DNA of 11,357 nucleotides. Origin: a bacterium (lineage in GTDB: Bacteria; Bdellovibrionota_C; UBA2361; CALJRW01). Position 1 is the stretch's first letter. Each line of letters starts with the position of its first letter. Location of the stretch: contig JANNBC010000020.1 of assembly GCA_031385045.1 (NCBI GenBank), forward strand, positions 1 to 11,357, given 5' to 3'. Under the pieces are notes generated by a model. The model was not told where the DNA came from and did no database searches. It worked only from the letters and a program-made list of their open reading frames with translations. Made by a program: the position numbers and the translations under genes. Below, in pieces: positions 7,319 to 11,357 of the stretch.

Positions 7319-8226
7319 TGAGTAATTTAGCTCCTCAGTTCTACAGTATGACTGGTTATGGTCAGGCTGAGATGCAAGATGCTGGACTTGGTGTAGCTAT
7401 TGAAATTAAATCAGTAAATAGTCGGTACTTAGATCTTAATATCAAATATCCCAGTGAATATAGTTTTTTGGAATTAGAACTTAGAAACTTATTAAAGCAA
7501 CATTTACAACGAGGTCGTGTGGATGTTTTTATTAGAAGAAATTCCACTGCGGGTAATATCAAACCTCAAATTAATCTGGAACTCTTTAAAAGTTATTGGG
7601 AGGCAATTCAAGGTGTTTTTAAAAGTGTGAAAGTCGATTCTCAGCATCTAGATTTAACGCAAATATCTACTTTCATCTTAAATCAAAACGATCTTTTCTC
7701 TAATAATAATTCTAAAGTTGAAATTACAGAGCAAGAGCAAACACTGATTAGAGAGGTTTTAGCTGAAGCTTTAAAGAGATTATTAGATTCTAGGCGTACG
7801 GAGGGGGAAGCCTTGATTAAGATTGTTAGTCAGCATTTAGTTAATCTGCAAACTATTTGGAAAACAATTGAGCGGCAACGAACATCGATTATTACTAACT
7901 TATCTCAAGAATTATTGGCAAAAATAAAGAATCTATTTCAACAATTAGATTTTACTTCGGAACGTTTAGAGCAAGAGGTTGCTTGGCGGGCAGAACGTAG
8001 TGATATCTCGGAAGAGATTAATCGGATCGCTGTTCATTTAGAATCCTTAAAAGTGGAACTTGCCACTAATTCCTCAGGTAAAAAAATTGAATTTTTGGCT
8101 CAAGAATTAGGACGAGAATTTAATACCATTAGTTCCAAGGTTCCGTCGGCAGAAATTCAGACTGCTGTAGTAAGTGCTAAGCTGGAAATTGAAAAAATTA
8201 GAGAACAAAGTTTTAACATTGAATGA
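7318..8226 (+). CDS. yicC: YicC/YloC family endoribonuclease
   Basis: SMTGYG, EIKSVNSRYLD, RGRVD, DISEEINR, GKKIEFLAQELGREFNTISSK and EKIREQ..NIE. Classic position upstream of gmk; TAATG overlap with rfaE1. Confidence 0.95.
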   Translation: MSNLAPQFYSMTGYGQAEMQDAGLGVAIEIKSVNSRYLDLNIKYPSEYSFLELELRNLLKQHLQRGRVDVFIRRNSTAGNIKPQINLELFKSYWEAIQGVFKSVKVDSQHLDLTQISTFILNQNDLFSNNNSKVEITEQEQTLIREVLAEALKRLLDSRRTEGEALIKIVSQHLVNLQTIWKTIERQRTSIITNLSQELLAKIKNLFQQLDFTSERLEQEVAWRAERSDISEEINRIAVHLESLKVELATNSSGKKIEFLAQELGREFNTISSKVPSAEIQTAVVSAKLEIEKIREQSFNIE

Positions 8227-8861
8227 AATTTATGCGTGAGTCATTGATTTTATGTTTAATTGGTCCTGCCGGAAGTGGTAAAACTACTAATTTGCAAAAG
8301 CTAATTAAGAATTTTCCGACTGATTTAAAAAATTCTGTTTCTGTAACAACTAGAGTGCCTCGTACCACGGAGATTCCAGGTGAGACTCGAGAGTTTGTTA
8401 GTGTAGAAGAGTTTCAAGCCTTAATTAAATCAGATTTATTATTTGAGTATGAAGAGATTCATGGGAATTTCTATGGGACTCGTCGTAGTACGATTGATCA
8501 GGCATTTCTTCAGAAATATGATTTAGTCTTTGATATCGACATTCAAGGTGCCCTAAACTTAAAGAAACATTATCCGCAGAATACAGTAATTGTCTTTATT
8601 GCTGTTCCAAATCAACAAGAGCTAATAGATCGGATGAAAAACCGCGCGACTGTCTCCTCTCAAGAATTAGAGACTCGTTTAAATACTGCTAATAAGGAAT
8701 ATCAATTATTCTTTGATCATTTAGACAAAATTGATTATTTTACAGTTAATCAGCTAGAAGCGGAGACGTATGAGTCTTTATCGGCTGTGCTAATTGCCGA
8801 ACGAATAAAATTAAAACGGATCACTTTAAAAACTTTGAATACCTATGTGCCCAAAAATTAA
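8223..8861 (+). CDS. gmk: Guanylate kinase
   Basis: P-loop GPAGSGKTT, SVSVTTRVPR..E..G, HGNFYGT and DIDIQGA. ATGA overlap with yicC. Confidence 0.95.
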   Translation: MKFMRESLILCLIGPAGSGKTTNLQKLIKNFPTDLKNSVSVTTRVPRTTEIPGETREFVSVEEFQALIKSDLLFEYEEIHGNFYGTRRSTIDQAFLQKYDLVFDIDIQGALNLKKHYPQNTVIVFIAVPNQQELIDRMKNRATVSSQELETRLNTANKEYQLFFDHLDKIDYFTVNQLEAETYESLSAVLIAERIKLKRITLKTLNTYVPKN

Positions 8862-9297
8862 ATTACTATTAAGTCTGATGCTTCTATTTACCTCTGCTTG
8901 TAGCATGACTAGGGATGGTGAAGCTCTCAAGATTGATCAGGTTCGTCCAAAAGGTGCAGCAATCCAAGAGGAGCAGATTGAAGTTAGTAAGAAGTTATAT
9001 CAACAAGTTCTGCATGGTGGTGGTAGCTACACTAAAGCTCGAATGGTTGAAGTTTTTACTCGGGATGCTCAAAGTGGTGTAAAGGAATATCGTCTTTTTG
9101 GAATTCAGCCAGGTAGTCTTTATGATTTACTTGGTCTTCGAAATGTTGATATTTTAGTTGCAGCTAATGGTTATGTTGTCCCAGAACAAGGACTATTTTG
9201 GCAGTACTTACAAATCTTACCAAACCAGAAAGATGCTTTCATTGAAATCAAGCGCGCTGGAAAATCGATGATTTTCAAATATACATTTAAGGATTAG
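8845..9297 (+). CDS. Putative lipoprotein with GspC-like PDZ domain
   Basis: Signal peptide with lipobox-like FTSA-C (Cys19, codon 8899-8901). YRLFGIQPGSLYDLLGLRNVDILVAANG...IEIKRAGK resembles the PDZ domain of type II secretion protein C. Confidence 0.7.
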   Translation: MCPKIKLLLSLMLLFTSACSMTRDGEALKIDQVRPKGAAIQEEQIEVSKKLYQQVLHGGGSYTKARMVEVFTRDAQSGVKEYRLFGIQPGSLYDLLGLRNVDILVAANGYVVPEQGLFWQYLQILPNQKDAFIEIKRAGKSMIFKYTFKD

Positions 9298-9302
9298 TAC
9301 TA

Positions 9303-10595
9303 ATGATTCCACGTTATTCCCGACCAGAAATGGTCAAAATCTGGAGCGATCAAAATCGCTATCAAATTTGGTTAGAAGTAGAAACTGTTGCTCTAGAAGG
9401 AATGGTTAAGTATGGATTAGCTCCTGAACAAGCTTTAAAAACTGTTCGCGAGAAGGGTGCTTTCAATATTGAACGAGTTGCTGAGATCGAATTAGAAGTT
9501 AAGCATGATGTAATTGCATTTCTAACTAATGTTGCAGAAATTGCTGGCGAAGATGCTCGCTATCTTCATCGTGGAATGACTTCCAGTGATTTATTAGATA
9601 CTTCGTTTGCTATTCAATTGAAGCAGGCAGGAGAAATATTGTTGGTTGGTTTAGATCGCATTATGGCTTCTTTGCTTGTGCGAGCTAATGAATTTAAAGA
9701 TCTTCCAACAATTGGTCGTAGTCATGGAATTCATGCCGAGCCTACTAGTTTTGGTTTGAAGTTTTTATCTTGTTACGCAGAATTAAAAAGAAATCGCGAA
9801 GGATTTGTGCGCGCGTTAAGAAATGTTAGCGTTGGCAAGATTGCTGGGGCTGTCGGTACCTATGCCTCGATTCCACCAAAAGTAGAACAGTTTGTTTTTG
9901 AAAAACTAGGCCTAACTGCCGAGACTGTTCCTAGTCAGATTGTTCACCGTGATCGTCATGCCGAGTTCTTTCATTCCTTAGCAATGATTGCATCTGCCAT
10001 GGAAAGATTTTGTGTGGAAGTTCGACATCTCCAGCGTACGGAGGTTCGTGAAGTTGCTGAAAAGTTTACAGTCGGACAAAAGGGTTCCTCGGCTATGCCC
10101 CATAAAATGAATCCGATTTTAACAGAAAACTTAACAGGCCTCGCTCGTTTAATTAGGGGCTACGCCTCAACTGCTATGGAGAATATTGCGCTTTGGCACG
10201 AAAGAGATATTAGTCACTCTTCCGTAGAACGAATTATTGCTCCCGATGCCTGTGTTACCCTTGATTTTATGATGGAACGTTTTCGTGGTTTAATTGATAA
10301 TTTGGTAGTTTTTCCAGAACAAGTGAAAGCTAACTTAGAACTAACTAGAGGATGTGTGTTTTCCGGAACATTACTTCTTGCCCTTGTCGATGCAGGTTTT
10401 ACTCGGGAGCAATCATATAAAATGGTTCAAGATCATGCTTTGGCCGCGTGGAAAGGTGGGAAGACTCTAGAAGAACGAGTTAACGCAGATTCCCTGATCA
10501 ACTCTAAATTATCACCTGAGAAAATCGCTGAAATTTTTAATCTAAAACGCCATTTGGCGCATGTTGATGAGATTTTCGCTCGAACAATCAATTAA
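9303..10595 (+). CDS. purB: Adenylosuccinate lyase
   Basis: MIPRYSRPEM, KHDVIAF, HRGMTSSD, GRSHGIHAEPT, GAVGT, fumarate-lyase signature GSSAMPHKMNP and WHERDISHSSVER. Confidence 0.98.
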   Translation: MIPRYSRPEMVKIWSDQNRYQIWLEVETVALEGMVKYGLAPEQALKTVREKGAFNIERVAEIELEVKHDVIAFLTNVAEIAGEDARYLHRGMTSSDLLDTSFAIQLKQAGEILLVGLDRIMASLLVRANEFKDLPTIGRSHGIHAEPTSFGLKFLSCYAELKRNREGFVRALRNVSVGKIAGAVGTYASIPPKVEQFVFEKLGLTAETVPSQIVHRDRHAEFFHSLAMIASAMERFCVEVRHLQRTEVREVAEKFTVGQKGSSAMPHKMNPILTENLTGLARLIRGYASTAMENIALWHERDISHSSVERIIAPDACVTLDFMMERFRGLIDNLVVFPEQVKANLELTRGCVFSGTLLLALVDAGFTREQSYKMVQDHALAAWKGGKTLEERVNADSLINSKLSPEKIAEIFNLKRHLAHVDEIFARTIN

Positions 10596-10641
10596 TAGTA
10601 ATGTAACTTCTACCTTTTGGTAAAGAGTTGCAACATTATTG
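10596..10641 (+). terminator. Imperfect hairpin immediately after the purB stop (terminator or 3' stabiliser)
   Basis: TAGTAATGT/ACATTATTG (two G-U pairs), AACT/AGTT and TACC-TTTT-GGTA. There is no clear U-tract. Confidence 0.35.
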
Positions 10642-10657
10642 TAAAATTAATCATAAT
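10628..10657 (+). promoter_or_regulatory. Possible sigma70 promoter for the 113-aa ORF
   Basis: TTGCAA-N18-CATAAT, with palindromes TAATC-TT-GATTA (10654-10665, overlapping the -10) and GGAATAA-TTT-TTATTCC (10668-10684). Confidence 0.3.
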
Positions 10658-10723
10658 CTTGATTAGAGGAATAATTTTTATTCCCATCTGATTATTTTTA
10701 AGGTTTTTTTTGAGGATTTCAGC

Positions 10724-11065
10724 GTGAGGTTTACCCTTCGACAAATCAAATTATTGGTAACGGACCCCCTTTGTTATCAAATCCGCTTGGAAAAACAGCT
10801 TAAAGCAATTTCATTAAAAATTAATAAAGAGCAAAGTGAGTATGCTAGGGAAAAGCTATTTAAAGAGCTAGAAACTATACTTTGCAATGATATCAGTAGC
10901 TTACTAAGCGAAGAGAAGCTATCTGAGGCTTTAGAGTGTTCTGGAATTAAGCACTTAGTGAAATCTTTAGTAACCGAGGTATCTAGGCAAAGGTTCAATG
11001 CTGGTGAGGATAGTTATGTTCGTCGACTTCGACGGGCTCACCAAATAGTTCACTTTGTGCAGTAG
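10724..11065 (+). CDS. Hypothetical protein (113 aa, likely alpha-helical)
   Basis: GTG start preceded by SD-like GAGGA (10712-10716); same strand as its neighbours; no recognisable motif. Confidence 0.55.
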   Translation: MRFTLRQIKLLVTDPLCYQIRLEKQLKAISLKINKEQSEYAREKLFKELETILCNDISSLLSEEKLSEALECSGIKHLVKSLVTEVSRQRFNAGEDSYVRRLRRAHQIVHFVQ

Positions 11066-11072
11066 TTCTAGG

Positions 11073-11239
11073 TTGCTAAATTTAAGCAATTCTCTCTAAG
11101 TATCGCTTAGAGTAAGGGATTCTTTGTCAGTTTATTTTTTAGCGCATAAAACTGGTCGACTGATAAATGAATCCCTTACTGTAGCGATACAGGCACTTGA
11201 GGTTAATTGTCTCTAAGTATACTAAAACCCATTAGAGAC
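11073..11239. repeat. Nested inverted and direct repeat region (structured ncRNA or REP/MITE-like element)
   Basis: 91-nt hairpin 11100-11190 with 8-bp, 12-bp and ~10-bp stems; hairpins at 11073-11089, 11094-11112 and 11209-11239; 15/16 direct repeat AATT(C/G)TCTCTAAGTAT at 11088-11103 and 11205-11220. Confidence 0.65.
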
Positions 11240-11357
11240 TCTGTTAATAGTCAATAAAAAACAATTAAATGTTTTAAATATGTTGAGTTAAATATCGGTC
11301 ACTAGACCATTGTTTTCCGTCCCGCACCATCGCATTTAAAGTAATTAGTAGCTTTCT
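11234..11357 (-). mobile_element. Right end of an IS110-family insertion sequence (element continues beyond the window)
   Basis: Transposase-like C-terminus followed 19 nt after its stop by minus-strand TTGACTATTAACAGAGTCTCT (11254-11234): a -35-like hexamer and a terminal CT, as in IS110-group right ends. The exact boundary is inferred. Confidence 0.65.
11274..11357 (-). CDS. C-terminal 27 aa of a probable IS110-family transposase/bridge recombinase (truncated by the window edge)
   Basis: Minus-strand translation from 11357 gives RKLLITLNAMVRDGKQWSSDRYLTQHI*, matching the RKLL.ILNAM.RD...W C-terminal motif typical of IS110 (Tnp20-domain) proteins. Confidence 0.75.
   Translation of the reverse strand, partial: RKLLITLNAMVRDGKQWSSDRYLTQHI

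Noticed and set aside
7362..7562. 66-aa minus-strand ORF
   Set aside because: Antisense shadow of yicC.
10777..10998. 73-aa minus-strand ORF
   Set aside because: Ser/Leu-rich antisense shadow of the 113-aa ORF, which has the better SD and more protein-like composition.
11100..11190. Retron msd, integron attC or 6S RNA
   Set aside because: No reverse transcriptase nearby, no RYYYAAC/GTTRRRY ends, and no large central bubble or length typical of 6S RNA.
11088..11220. CRISPR array
   Set aside because: Only two 16-nt repeats 117 nt apart and no cas genes.

Overview
AT-rich bacterial chromosomal window from an LPS-producing (Gram-negative) organism; the gene content loosely suggests a deltaproteobacteria/Bdellovibrionota-like lineage (inference only). 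Almost all genes are on the + strand. In order: the 3' part of a hybrid histidine kinase with an atypical receiver domain, a small hypothetical protein, a highly structured intergenic region (1461-1621), an alpha/beta-hydrolase, a membrane-anchored FHA protein, an LPS inner-core cluster (GT9 heptosyltransferase, Kdo/WaaP-family kinase, GT9 heptosyltransferase, stand-alone heptose-7-phosphate kinase), then yicC, gmk, a PDZ lipoprotein, purB and an orphan ORF. The last 84 nt on the minus strand, missed by the ORF track, encode what looks like the C-terminus of an IS110-family recombinase. It is followed by a TTGACT...CT right-end-like motif and about 170 nt of nested hairpins and direct repeats. 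A degenerate ~30-bp copy of this putative junction lies 9.6 kb away in the structured region at 1582-1609. All family calls come from motif recognition by eye; no searches were run.
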